NCBI GenBank assembly: GCA_965203295.1
Contig: CBDBCZ010000017.1
Span: forward strand, 2,112,001 to 2,176,000
Origin: Nitrospirales bacterium
GTDB lineage: Bacteria > Nitrospirota > Nitrospiria > Nitrospirales > UBA8639
DNA: 64,000 nucleotides
Direction: 5' to 3'
The number at the start of each line of letters is the position of its first letter. The stretch's first letter is position 1. The translations under genes were made by a program, and so were the position numbers. The notes beneath the pieces were generated by a model. It had not been told where the DNA came from. It made no database searches and worked only from the letters and a program-made list of their open reading frames with translations. Shown in pieces: positions 1 through 12,623 of this stretch.

Positions 1-144
1 TTGTGCCACAGACCTACTGCAGAAACAAAGTCTCCAGTAAAATAAACGCAGCCATCTTTCAAATTGGACCCTACTGACGCGTTGAATAAAACGGGGGCCT
101 GAGAGCGAGTATAAGGAATGAGTATGTGGTCTTAGACAACAAAT

Positions 145-362
145 ACAGTGGGAATGGGTATGTGTGTCTACACACACATTGGAAATGGGTATTATGTCTA
201 CACACAGTGGGAATGAGTGTGTGGTCTACAGAAAGATGGGCGATTTCGCCAGATGTGACTATAGTATGGAGAAGGCAAACTTGCTACTCAGTCCAACATT
301 GGTGGAACTACACTGTGGGAATGGGTATGTGGTCTACACACACACATTGGGAATGGGTATCT
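145..362 (+). repeat. About 30 bp imperfect minisatellite (CACAGTGGGAATGGGTATGTGGTCTACACA)
   Basis: About 5 copies in two clusters. Confidence 0.75.
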
Positions 363-1706
363 AAACAGCAAAAATAGAATGATGTGCAAAGAAATGAATA
401 AAGTGACGAGCATTGCTTCTAGCCTCGTTTCCATCACTTATGTGGCTTCCAAGGACTGAAAATGAGCCCCAGGCTTAGCTAGTAGAAGTGATGTAGCTGG
501 AGGGAGGCCGGAAATACATTACGGAACGTTAGCCCAAATAATACATACCATAAGAGATTTCATTGCTGAGCACATCTTAGTACGAGGTAAGTAATCCTGC
601 GGCACATACCTAGTAGTTGAATCTGAGCTAATATATATACGATCTTGAAAACAAACAAAACAAAGTAGCAAACCCACCACATTACTCTACAGAAAAGATA
701 GAGTATGTTGGAGTGAAATTCCCAAAAGTAACCAAACAAAGTAGGAATAACATAACCGAACTTTCATGGATTATTATTACTACATGTACAGTGCTCAAAA
801 TCTAAAGAGTAGACTTTCTCTGCTGGCACTTTCTGCCATTTTTACCTTAAAAAATGAATGTAGATACTAATGATAACTGCTCATAAGCCTAGCTAGTTGA
901 AAAATGCGGCTGTGGACTGACAATAAGGTACTTTTCCGGCAAGTCTTCCATACACTGCTGTACTAGCGGCCATGTTTTTTGACGTCATGGATTTTTTTGC
1001 GTGTCACAAAAATACTGTAACCGTAGGGACTTTCCCTTACTAGAATCAATAATCGCGCGGTAGATCGTCGGAACGCTCGATACTGCTACGGACTTACTCT
1101 GCTACACAGAGAGACTGCCACAGCGACAACGAACATCAAAATGGCAAAAAATGCCTGCGCAGACGAAAAGATGTTTTTTCTGACTGAACAGTGAGACCCA
1201 GGAATTGTTTGAGTAGTGGTACATTAGCATCAACAACTTAATAGCTCTGTGATTTTTTTTGAGAGTTCTCGGACGATAAATTCAAAAGTTACTACCTTAA
1301 GCGATAACCCACTCTAAACACGATCTTTGGTCAAAATCTTTGATGTTGATTGATTGAGGGGAACATTTCTAACTCTCAAAGGTACCTCGGCCTGACTGCT
1401 TGTTATATTCAAGGTTAAAACTTTCTCGGAACAATGATGCAAGTCAGGTGTCTTGCAGAAGCCATAGAACCCTACGAATCAAATTAACACCTTTTCCACA
1501 TTGTAGCAGATGTATGTAGGTATATGCATACCACTTTACAGAACCTAATATCAAACAATGTAGGGTGTAGAACATTAAAAGTAATTTTATCAAAAATCTA
1601 CTCTTTAGATTCTGAGCACTGTACATCTTGCCAACAACACACACACACCCCAAGCAAGCTACATCTGTTCCCGCTATGCCACCACACGCAGTGTAGCTTA
1701 GTGACA

Positions 1707-2267
1707 TACTGTAGACTCGGGCTATCAGGTGCACTTCGTTATGTAGCGCACATACGCTATCAGGCACATGCTCGCTTCTCGGCCTAAAGAGGCGCACGTT
1801 CCAATCAAACAAAACATTGGGCGGAGTAACTAGCACAAAAATTATTAGAACGAGAAACTAGGAGACTGTTAGCAGGTAGCTAGCTCTCTGAGTATGTGGC
1901 CAACAATCTCTCCGTCTCGATAGATAGCTACGGCTCACTAGTCATGGCGGTTGGTCGGTTCAGCCCAATAACGGGTCTCTATACTTCTTTGTACACGTGG
2001 AGACCACGAACTACTCTTTCTTTGATAGTGATTCTATACCGGTAGTTAGTAATCTGCTAACAGCAACATTCCCACTTTTATAGCTAGCTACTGTAACCTT
2101 GCCGCGAAGAACTTTAGATTTTCACATGACAGCTATCGTTGACATCATGCAATAAATAGGCGTGGTAGACCTTTAACCCCGATATGTAGCGCACTTCTTT
2201 ATGTAGCGCATATACCGTCGCTATTGTCCCAACTAGTGCATGTGCCTGATAACCCAAGTCTGTGGTA
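1707..2267. mobile_element. MITE with TAC(C/T)GTAGACTCGGG terminal inverted repeats (Tc1/mariner-pogo type)
   Basis: Inverted termini. The empty site is visible in the paralogous sequence at about 19420-19460. Confidence 0.7.
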
Positions 2268-2937
2268 CATCTGTTTTCTCAAAAGTGTGCTATAGATCCA
2301 GAGGAGGTTGGACATGCATTCACTAACGTGCGCAGTCATGTTTCCTTTGCTGCAATTAATTACATTCCACATTGCATTCCAGCATTCAATTAGCTCACTG
2401 AGAAGCTAAAAAGTATAGATTGAAGCTAGGTAGACATCTACAAAGAGTTAGCAAGGGCCAAAATGACGTATCGTTCAGCAATTTTAGCGATTCTGCGCAT
2501 TTACGAGGAGCCGTACGTGTGACATAAATGGAAAGCTACACTGACTCGAAACACAGGCCGGTAAGCATAGCTCATAATGAAGCTGCAATGGCCTGTAGAT
2601 TTCTGTAAGATGGTGGGAACAGACCTAGAAGGGCAGCATCTTGCCATCTGTAGATAGAATCCAGTATGTAGTCTCACCTTGCCAACAGCTAAATAGTTTA
2701 CCGACCGTAGCACTGCAATGACCCAGGGACTGAACGGGGCTGACTCGCTTTTCTAAAAGTGTTTCACAAGCAGATTCCAGCAATATGGAGTGTTTCTTGT
2801 ATACTGATAACAGAACTTGGTCGAAACTAGACCAAACTACTTATTGTACATGCAGCTCAATAAAGAACAGCTCCATGAACACATGGGCTGTCTGTCACAT
2901 GACCCATGTGTCCAATCTCCACTGCTACATATACATT

Positions 2938-3980
2938 AGTCTCGTGCCCAGACCCACGTTAGAAAGGTGGGTCTGGTTCCCCGCATATTCAAAGTTGGGG
3001 CAGCATCACGTCAGCGGTCCCAGATCTGGACCGGCAATGTGATTGGTTGATTATTGGGGCGAGCCTGAGCGAGCCCCAAACTTAGCGACTTGGCTGTACA
3101 ATTGCTGTCCGTTTGGTACGTACGTCTTACCGAATGTAAGTGAAAGTAAAGTCTAATTTAGCGAAATGCGTAGCCTAGGCGACGTTAAATTGACTTGACC
3201 ACGTGAATACTTCAGTTTTGGAATTTCTTCGAAGTTTTGAAACTTCTACATGTGCAAGCTAGCGCTTTTGATACAACTGTCAGCATGGATATATCGCAAT
3301 AATGTACGAATACAGCGAGAGGAGAGGCTTCGAAGACGGAAAGAGCGTGAGAGGGACCACCGTCGTTCCAAGACAGCCGACCAAAAGGATATTGCCTCTT
3401 TTGTCACTAGTTTGCCATGACTGTACCCAGTGAGCTTGTCTTAGTTATAGGCTATCCAGTTCCTTTTTGACTTCCATGCTTGTGAAAATATCCATCCTGC
3501 TTAACTAGTAGCCTCGTTCCTAGGCCTCCGTACAGCTTTTGTCGCTACTTAGCTAGTAGCTAGTGCAGGGACTACACTCTGATGCTCCTGCTCTACTTAA
3601 CGCTTCAAGGGGGCGATGGACCTCATCACTGAGCAGAGACCATAGAACATTCTGACAGGAATGCACTCTGGAGCGTTCTCCACATTCTTGTACACTTTCA
3701 TTTCTCAAGCTACTTAAATTATCCCTCATTATCATCACGTTTTCTACTGCACGCTATATGTTTCGCGAAGGCTCGCCCCACTATGCCCTGCATATCACTA
3801 GTAGTATTACATCACTAAACGGCTGTACTATCCAGATATCCATACCGTTTAGTGATGTAATACTAATCAACCAATCACATTGCCAGTCCAGATCTGGGAT
3901 CGCTGACGTAATGCTGCCCCAACTTTCAATATGTGGGGTGAGCCAGACCCACTTTCAAACGTGAGGCTGGGCATGAGACT
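2938..3980. mobile_element. MITE with about 115 bp inverted repeats, carrying a nested element
   Basis: 2938-3052 is the reverse complement of about 3864-3980. Confidence 0.75.
3053..3802. mobile_element. Non-autonomous element with subterminal GGGGCGAGC/GCTCGCCCC inverted repeats and a CTAGT end (Helitron/Helentron-like?)
   Basis: Related copies at 22341-23021 and 39037-39480. The 39037 copy is absent from the duplicate at about 57572. Confidence 0.55.
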
Positions 3981-3990
3981 GCATATGCAC

Positions 3991-4045
3991 AGGCCCACCA
4001 CAGGCCCCCAAAAATTGTGTACAACACCTACTGGACAAGTAAGAT
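3991..4045 (-). ncRNA. Sm-site small RNA gene, promoter type A (copy 1)
   Basis: Minus strand AUCUUACUUGUCCAGUAGGUGUUGUACAC-AAUUUUUGG-GGGCCUGUGGUGGGCCU. TATA 4069-4075, PSE-like AAACCCACAAGTG 4094-4106, upstream TTCATACACTTTAATTGCTAAT. 5' end inferred about 30 nt after TATA. Confidence 0.7.
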
Positions 4046-4068
4046 AAGGCAAACAGCTGGGTCACTCC

Positions 4069-4144
4069 TTATATAGGCAGCACTTGCTTGAAACACTTGT
4101 GGGTTTCTAAACACTCAATATTAGCAATTAAAGTGTATGAATAC
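4069..4144 (-). promoter_or_regulatory. Representative type A snRNA-like promoter (upstream element + PSE-like + TATA)
   Basis: Minus-strand consensus TATTCATGCACCTTAATTGCTAAT-(N)-AAACCCACAAGTGTTT-(N)-GCTGCCT(A/T)TATAAGGAGG, repeated about 20 times in the window with fixed spacing. Confidence 0.65.
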
Positions 4145-5655
4145 TATTACCTGCTGTCCCGCCATAATCATGGCCACTGGCCCACTGTACAGTGAGACTG
4201 CAGCTCTGGTGCAAATACTATTAGTTCCGGTTTTGGTCAGCATAAACTTTAGAGATTCACATGTAAGCATGATCTTACACGAGTTAATGTCTCCAGAGGA
4301 GGTTGGAAGCGGGCATGTACACTAATAGTGGAATCCAATTAGCTATGCTTTCTGATGATGTCAATAAAACGTCTCGGGCAGATTGGAGCAATAATAGCTG
4401 CTCTAGGAGTGATCTCTGATCTCGTACAAGTTTAGCAGCTTTCAAAGTAATAGCTGGAATCTGAGTGGTAGCTAAACCACTATCGTATTCGTAGCTTTAC
4501 AAATATTGTGCAAGTTCACTGAGAATCCTCTGCATTCAAGCCCAATCTTTAGCAGCACAGTTCCATACGTACTTGCAAGCCAAGCTTTTTGAAGGGGCAT
4601 CCCCACTCGTCCCCTCAAAGGTTGTAGAGCTACAGAACATTCCAGGCCAGACAATGCATACCTTTGCGTATCTTCCATATTCTTCTCAATGGAATGCTAT
4701 TAACTATACACGACATTATGCATTTATTAACGTACATGTACACGTAATCACCTCCAACACATAAATGTGATCTCTCCAACCTCCTTTGGGAATCCTCAAT
4801 GAACGGTATTAAGGCGAACCTCATACTGAGGCCTTTCACCTCATACTGTAGCCACGGAAAAAGAAGGCCTTGGGTATGAGTTGAGGAATGTAAGGCAGAT
4901 ATACCATACGTGGGTGTGTGGCTAGAGGCCACTTATATCGGTCTACTTCAAACCACATCGGGTAGTAATCTAGCCAATGCAAATGTGATCAACGAGATTT
5001 AGCATCCTTTGAGACTTTAGTACAATTTTGTACAAGCTCTGCTAGACCCTCCCTCTATTTTCTTATTCTCCTGTGCTGCTCATGTGTGAGTGAAGTGAAG
5101 CATGTAAGTGCCATTGCATGGGGATGTGTCTATCCTACATCACGGTACGTGATAAGTGGTACCAGACCTTCCCTCTCCACGGCTGCGAGATAAAGCTGGG
5201 GTGGGAAGGACTGGGAACGAGGCTACTACATTACACATGTCATCCTGCAGGCTCCTATATATGGGGACTGTAGCTCTGGTGTGCATTCTACTGTGAATTC
5301 CTAGTTGTTACAGTTGGTTCGTCTGTCCTTGTAGCTGGCAAATTAGACATTTAAAAATCACCTAGCATCCTTCTTGAACCGTGGATCAAAGTCTAGGCTT
5401 GTGTTAACAACACATTGTATTCATCCACTGGCTTTTCTTTAGCCAGAATGGTCTGTGACATTGCATGTCCTGCCACTCTTAGAGAGGCTACGCATACAAC
5501 AGTGGTAGCCTCGTTCCCAGTCTCCACAGCCAGCCTTTCTGCATGTCGGCAGAGGAGACTGGGAACGAGGCTATAGAAGTCGCTTAGTACAGAATGAAGA
5601 ATGGAGAGTCCAGTCCCTGGGCTATAAGACCAGTACTATGATACACCATTACATT

Positions 5656-5712
5656 AGCCCATACCAACATGGGCTCCTAAATTAAATCCAGTAAAGTGTG
5701 GAATACTACCTC
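5656..5712 (-). pseudogene. Degenerate Sm-site small RNA gene, type B
   Basis: 3' hairpin AGCCCAUG-UUGG-UAUGGGCU intact. Sm site decayed (AAUUUAGG) and TATA decayed (TACAAAA). PSE-like motif 5761-5773. Confidence 0.5.
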
Positions 5713-6009
5713 ACCCCATCTTTAGAGCTGCTTTTGTAGCTAGCCCCACTGTGGGCAAGGCACTTGTGGGTTTGATATAAACACATACATTAATTCACAC
5801 AGAATGCAGTTACTATGGTTACAGCTCACTCTCAGGGCACCAGATGTACAGACTAAGTCTGGGTTTAGCACGTTCCTCGTGTTTAGGAGATGGGGGATGG
5901 CCTATAGTGAGAGAGTAATTACAGTTGGAATTGGCTGGGTCCTACTGGCAAGTGCTACTAGCAAGTTTAGTGGCTATATAAAGCTTGCCTACTGCTCCTC
6001 TGCCAAGGG

Positions 6010-6084
6010 GCTCCTGTAGCTCAATTGGTTAAGAGCATCTGACTAGTATTTAGAAGGTCCTGGGTTCAATCCCCAGCTGGGTCC
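6010..6084 (+). tRNA. tRNA-Thr(AGT)-like gene, pseudo-tRNA or SINE head
   Basis: A box TAGCTCAATTGG, anticodon arm TCTGA-CTAGTAT-TTAGA (AGT 6045-6047), T arm CTGGG-TTCAATC-CCCAG, T5 terminator at 6088, upstream TATATAAA at about 5975. The acceptor stem has mismatches. Confidence 0.55.
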
Positions 6085-6852
6085 CGATTTTTCGGGATTT
6101 CTTTACTCTTCTCACAGAACTTTGCAATGTATACGATGGCCCAAAATCTCAAGATAGGTTAGCTAGTACACACCTAGTCTGACATAATAGAGTATGACAG
6201 GAATTTGGCTACAAATATTTATGCAAACTACCAAGTAAAGAAAAAAGAGAAAAGTAAAGTAAGGGCCCCCCCCCCTGAGAAATGTGAGAGGCCAGACAAC
6301 CAGTACATGCTCTGTGATGGGTGGGGTATGTGCTGCTCCAGCTGGCTGTTGCTGGGTCCTCAGGGAGGAGGAGGAGGAGGGGCCACTGACGCCTCAGATC
6401 TCTCCTGGCATACTGTTATAATATCTGATTCAGGACAGCTGCAGTCAGCAGAGCTATAGAGTAGAACTCCTCCAAATCCGGAGTCCCGGGCTCGGACAGG
6501 ACTGATGTACTTATACTGCTAGTGCTAGGGCATGTTTCGATATAACATACCAAAGTCGCTCAGTCTTTACAAAACGTAGCTAGCTCGTACAATCTCACTT
6601 GCTAGCTCCAATCAAGCTTGCTCATGCTCTCCCCACAATGCCCTGCATTCACCTAGTATACACCGCCAAGGTTAGATAACATCACTATTAGAGTCAATGG
6701 CATCAGTGGGTTGGATCTGTCTTTAGCACAATGATACAAAACATATAGTGCTTTTACCATGGGTGGCTTGCTGCACACCAAGGCTGTTTTTTTTTGAACC
6801 AGTACAAAGCTATGAGTATTTGAAAACAGCTGATATAGCATGATATGGCAAA

Positions 6853-7442
6853 ACTGTATCCGCTCTAATTAAGGTGCCCTTATAAATTAATTATGACCCC
6901 CGAGGGGTGCCTTTATCTTTTGGGGTTCGGGAGGCGCCTTATTTAGAGAGGCACCTTCTAATTAGAGCGAAGTTTTTGACGTTCATTAATATCGATCAAT
7001 TCTGTCAGCCCAACGGTATAAAGCCACCACGATACGAGAATGAAGCAGCTACTGCGAGATTGGCTTCCTTGGCGACTATTGAGTTGGAGTTCGAGGATAT
7101 GAATTCCTACGCATCTGGACTCCAGAGGTTGGTGAGGTATATACTCACTACTGTAACGGTGGTGGAAACGGAGAACGAACATGAGTTACGCTGTTGCAGT
7201 TGTCGCTCATGAGCTTGGGACTGTGGGGCATGTTCCCAAAAATATTTCAACACTCTGCCACTGACAGCAATTAATGGATATTACGAACGTCAAAATTTTG
7301 CTCTAATTAGAACGCGCCACCTAAAAATAATTACCGGGGGCAGTAGCTGCTTCATTCTCGCCTTACTTCGAGCGAAAAAAATTGTTTTCTCTTTGAAAGG
7401 GCGGCTTTATTAGAGAGGCACCTTAATTAGAGTGGATACGGT
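6853..7442. mobile_element. MITE with ACTGTATCCGCTCTAATTAAGGTGCC inverted termini
   Basis: Inverted termini. Empty site in the paralogue at about 15940. Confidence 0.7.
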
Positions 7443-7512
7443 TACACACACCCTGTGGCACTGTGTGCTCCTGTGATCTGCACTGGAATAATAAGTATAT
7501 TCAAATTTCTGT

Positions 7513-7563
7513 GAGCTTTAATTAGGCCCCCCAAAAATTACAAAACTGAGATGAATGCTTATA
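7513..7563 (-). ncRNA. Sm-site small RNA gene, type A
   Basis: AUAAGCAUUCAUCUCAGUUUUGU-AAUUUUUGG-GGGGCCUAAUUAAAGCUC (weaker hairpin). TATA 7590-7595, PSE-like 7614-7626. Confidence 0.6.
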
Positions 7564-7887
7564 AGGAACCCAGACCCAGGTTCCCTCCCTATATACTCAG
7601 CACTTGCTTGAAACACTTGTGGGTTTGTGAAACTCTCAATATTAGCGATTAAGGTGCATGAATATCATTAGCTGCTCCTCGGGTGCAAATACTAGTTCCT
7701 GTTTTGGTCAGCATAAAGTTTTGAGAATCACATGTAAACATGATCTTACACTGCTAACATACATATAAGCCTGCTGTAATTACTATGGAAACCTCAATGA
7801 ATGACATAAAGGTGATATATACATGTACTCACACTGAGCTCACACTGTACATGTAGCTGTTGAGAAACAAGTATGACATTTCATGTC

Positions 7888-8296
7888 TAAAAACCAGCCG
7901 GGCACCTTTCCCCTGTACAACACACACAATTCAGCTTAGGCCAAGCCAACTGGGAGCGCTAACTGCAAGCTAGAACGTAGAACAGCGAAAGTGCTGACTC
8001 AGCAGTTTCGTCGTGCGCCTCCAGTTAATAGCTTTACGCAACGAAAACAGGATCTTTATGGCTGCCTATTGAGTTTTCGCCATCTAGGCAACACACAACT
8101 ACCTTCATTTGCTGTAGCTTAGCCTGCAAACCTCCAAAAGCTGCTATACACTGCAGTTGCATAGTAACGTATGACGTAATACATTGCGCACGTGATAAGT
8201 GCGGGCGCACAAACAAACAAACAAACAAACAGACAGATGCGGAAAACGTAAAGTAATATTAGTACCAGCTGTTCGCACGCGCTCCGGCTGGTAAAA
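7888..8296. mobile_element. Dispersed repeat with ACCAGCCGG/CCGGCTGGT ends (copies at about 36780-37220 and 55856-56295)
   Basis: Three homologous copies with short inverted ends. Confidence 0.55.
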
Positions 8297-9997
8297 ACTG
8301 GATAGAAGGCCTTAGCTGTGAATTCACGAATGTAGAGCAGTTATACAGTGGGGGTAGCTAGAGTACACACATACGTACTATCAGTCTACTTTCCATGCTA
8401 CAAACCATGTCCGGGTAGCCAATACGATCTATGAGAGAGTTAGCAAGCAACCCTTGAGTTCTTATTAGTGTGCCCACTACCCCTGGACCGCAGTGTCTGT
8501 GAAAGTAGATTGCATGACTTATGAAACCGTCAATTAACAGAATTTTTACAGTGCAAGATGATTGGCCAGTTAAAAACCAATTTTTGTGCAAGTTCTGCTA
8601 GACCCTCTCTCTCCAACTTTTTGTTATCCCACACCGCAAATGGGTGAATGGGGTTAAGCAATCTGTTGTTGTTATCCAACTATCATTACAAAATGTGTGA
8701 TTTAGAGGCTATAAAGCTGGAGGTAACCAACAAAATCAAAAAATTGCCTGAACATATAGTCACCAAAGCAGTTCAGCTCTAACTTATTCAATATCGGTAA
8801 GGTATGCCATTTCAAGAACTCTAATAAGGCAGAGGCTGGCGGTCTCTTGACATGTGTTCATAGTGGAGTATACATAGTGAGGCATCTGTGTCTTTACTGC
8901 GGTGATCAGCCACGCCTTACGGCAGTGCGTTTACGGAGAAGATCCTCCCTACATCTCCTTACCCAGCTCAGGTTGGACTCCGTAAACACACTGCGCTGTG
9001 ATTTGTAGCTACTGAGCCAGAGGTCGAAATAACGTGCGGTCATCGGTCAATTTCCGTACATATTGCTATATATAGTGACTGAGCAAAACTACATGTGGTC
9101 GGTAGGCAGGCGTGCCCGGAAGCTTGTGTAACAGCTGCTGCATAGTGATTGCTAATCATAACTAGAAGTCTCTAGCAGAGACATACCCCGCGGTGCATAA
9201 TTCACAACTTGGACCTGGCAGGACTGCAGACTGGGCTGATGGAGTAGTTGGCAAAGTGTACAATCATGTATATAACTGGCCGTGTATCCGCACGCAGAGT
9301 GTACAGCGCACGTGTATGCGTATATATCTGTATATCGTCTGGGAAGTGGTGGGCGTGACTGATTGCCAATATGAACACGTGACCAGAGTCCGTATATGCC
9401 CGGCCTCTATCGTATTCTAGTTGTGACCGTATTAAAATGACAGAATGCACCGTTGTTAAAAAAGAAAGAGCTGTAGATAGAGCGAATGGAACCGCTTTGG
9501 CGACTATCAGGTACACACCCGGACATTTTTTTTTTGATTTCAATGTTACTGTCGTGTTTAGCAATCGCTTAACCTTGTAAATCGCGAGATAGCCCGATTT
9601 TTGAGTGGACAGACACCGGACAGACAGAACCAATTGCTTAACCCCGCCGCCGCCTACGCGCCGCGGGGTAATAATTCACAACGTCTCGTATAATGCCTAC
9701 TTGTGAATAGTAAACACTATCCAAATAAGGAGTTTCTGCTCTCAGGTCAGCTTGGGAAGAGAGGACGAATCGACTGGTTTGTGTGTATTCATTTTTTTGG
9801 TGGTGCTTGCTCAACAATGCATTCACATCTATTATCTTGCTGTTGCTGAAATGTTTCAGTCATAATCATACTACAAGTACTGTGACAGGTAGGTACGTCC
9901 AGTCATATTTGCTAAATGACCAATCATTGATGAGCACCGCAGAACCACAAGTATGCTATATCTGTATAGAAAATTCAAACACTGTCATCACACACAG

Positions 9998-10557
9998 TAG
10001 CCTCGTGCCCAGGCTCTTTGCGTGGGAGGGAAGTTGAGCCTGATAGACACTGTTTGTGCATGCTCAGTTCCCCCAGGATTTCTGGGGGTTGGAAACTAGC
10101 GGGTGCTACAGCAAAATATTATCCATCAATCATCGTGTCACAGTCCGGTGCACTAGAGTAGTTGGTGAGTTACAAGCACCTGGGAACATTTTTTAAGCCA
10201 GTAGCTGCCGAGAAAGTGATTGCTAGTTTGGTTCTTTGATCCCGTTCGCTTTTGAAAGGCCTAGAAGACCAGATCTGTGATCAAAAATCGAGCTACTACC
10301 AAAAGGGGAGGGGCACTTCCGAATTTTTGTGGTAAGATACCATAATCCCAGCAGATAGAAAGGTACAGGCCTTATTGCTATTTTTAAGCCATTTGTAAAG
10401 CTATTTGTGGCTGAAGAAAGGCAGAATGAGCTAGTCCTATTTCTCCCGCTTACTATACATGTACGCTGCTCCGTACTACTTGTTACCATGGGGCTGAAGT
10501 CATTCACGGATACCAGGCTCTACTTTCCTTCCCCGCAAGAGCCTGGGCACGAGGCTA
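9998..10557. mobile_element. MITE, TAGCCTCG...CGAGGCTA family
   Basis: TIR TAGCCTCGTGCCCAGGCTCTT / AAGAGCCTGGGCACGAGGCTA. Confidence 0.75.
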
Positions 10558-10611
10558 CACACACACAGTGCAAAAGAAAAGTGCTGTTTTTCTCAAAGTG
10601 TGCCATATAAT

Positions 10612-10672
10612 AGGCCCACCATTGGTGTAGGCTTCCCAAAAATTAATTGCAAGTTGAACAATGCAGAGACTC
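10612..10672 (-). ncRNA. Sm-site small RNA gene, type A
   Basis: GAGUCUCUGCAUUGUUCAACUUGCAAUU-AAUUUUUGG-GAAGCCUACACCAAUGGUGGGCCU (stem GCCUAC/GUGGGC). TATA 10697-10703, PSE-like 10722-10734. Confidence 0.7.
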
Positions 10673-11565
10673 CAAAACAACCAGCTGGCTCCCTCCTTAT
10701 ATAGGCAGCACTTGCTCGAAACACTTGTGGGTTTGCAAAACTCTCAATATTAGCAATTAAGTTGCATGAATACCATTAAGTGCTCTGCAGCCATAATTAT
10801 GGCCCTAACAACAGGACTCTTTCCCCTCACTATGATAGAGTTTTAACACAATAAAGTTGAGGTCTGAATATGGAGTTGCACATGCCTCAGTCAGCAGCGT
10901 GACTACTGCCATTGGCAGATGCTCCCATGCAAATCACATGGAAGTGACACTTTGCATTTCTATCTGTATACAGAGCAAGCAAAGCGAGCGCAAGTAGTTG
11001 TAAACATGATCTTACACACATTAACATAGTTTGTAGCTGTGCTTTACTTCCAATTAACAGCATTAAAGTGAACCTCATACCGAGGCCTTTCACCTCATAC
11101 TGTAGCCGTGGGGAAAAATCTAGACAGAAGGCCTTGTGTATGAATTGAGGAATGTGGGGTAGTTACATAGCGGGGGATGTGGGTAGAGTCCACACATATT
11201 ACAGGTCTATTTTCCATACTACAAACTATATCTGGGTGGCAATCTAGCCAATGTAGGACTCTAACGAGATCTCATTAGTGTCCTTACTAAACCTGCACCC
11301 CAGTGTCTGATGAAGTATATCGACTTACAAAACCATGCAGTCAGCAAACAGATTTTCGAAAAACATTTTTTGTGCAAGTTCTGCTAGACCCTCCCTCTCC
11401 TTCTCATTCCTTTCCCTCATTTTTTTATCCCGTGGCGCTTATGTGTGAACGAGGCTAAGCAATTTGTCAGTTTTCCAAACGGTCATTACAGAATCTTTAT
11501 AATTGGCGTTTCAAATTAGAGTTTGAAAGAAGGCAAAAAAAATTTGATGTTGTGCGTACGTAATA

Positions 11566-12163
11566 TGGCCTTGTACCCAGGCCCCTCCCACCCTGCCCCG
11601 AAAGTGGGTCTGGTATCCACTGTTTGTGCATGCATGCAATTTACCAGAATCTTGGTAAATCGTGTACTACCATGTTACATCCGTATGCTAATGATGTCAT
11701 GTTCGGTTATGAATCCGTTAACGTTTTGTAACATGAGTGAAGGTAGCGCATGCAGTGATGCTTGTGCCAAGTAGATGCCTAGAAAGTGATCAGTAGTTTG
11801 AATTTCAATCCTACAAGCCTAGAAGAGCACATCTGTAATTAAAAATTGGGCAGCTCACAGTTTATTGCCAGATAAAGGTGCTTCCGACTCTTATGGTGAG
11901 ATAGCTACTATACTCGTAGCGGACAGTAAATTACCTGTTCTCTTACTACATGACTTGTGATTTCAGTTGTAAAAAGTCGGATTTTTAGTCTTCCGCTTCC
12001 AACACTCGTATACTGTCCCCGTTGTATTCCTGGCCATGTGATTAAGATTGCTCACGGATACATTTACTGGCCCTGTTCCGCACATTTTCGCCGCACAAAT
12101 GTGAACAGTGGAAACCAGTTGTAGGTCCTTTTTCAGGGTGGGAGGGGCCTGGGTACGAGGCTA
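11566..12163. mobile_element. MITE, TAGCCTCG family
   Basis: About 28 bp TIR GTACCCAGGCCCCTCCCACCCTG. Confidence 0.7.
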
Positions 12164-12540
12164 GTACCTAATAGTGACCAAAGAGGTTCTAGTCTCCACA
12201 AGTCCAAGGCCAGCTCTATCTTATTAATATCGGTAAGGCCGGCCATTTTATTACGATCTAGAACTCCAACTCCAATAAGGCAGAGGCCAGGCACACGCGG
12301 TCTCTTGACATGTGTTCATAGTGGAGTATACATAGTGAGGCATCTGTGTCTTTACTGCGGTGATCAGTCACGCCCTACGGCAGTACAAGAACACGATATA
12401 CGTGTTCATTCTGTTATTAATTTAGGTGCGGTCTGCAAAGTCCAGGAGCATGGGGCATGTCTCTGCTGGAACTTTTATTCGCTTTTTGTGAGGGTGGGGG
12501 GAGGGGAGGGACTGGTGAGCTAGACTAAGGGTCCCCTAAC

Positions 12541-12623
12541 CTTTCTGATCACTGCTTGTTCAGTTCAGCATGATCTCAGGTGCCCTTCAGCAGCAGTCAG
12601 TCATAGATCTCACTCACTCCTCC
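12541..12623 (-). pseudogene. p38 MAPK exon remnant (second lineage)
   Basis: [19 protein letters not shown]|gttagg, internally deleted. Confidence 0.7.

Noticed and set aside
4069..4325. Plus-strand reading of the type A module as TATA + 5'UTR + ATG AAT small-peptide genes (MNTIT..., MNNVI...)
   Set aside because: Downstream ORFs are not conserved in frame or length among copies and the ATG is lost in some. The Sm site and G-U-containing hairpins explain the conservation only on the minus strand.
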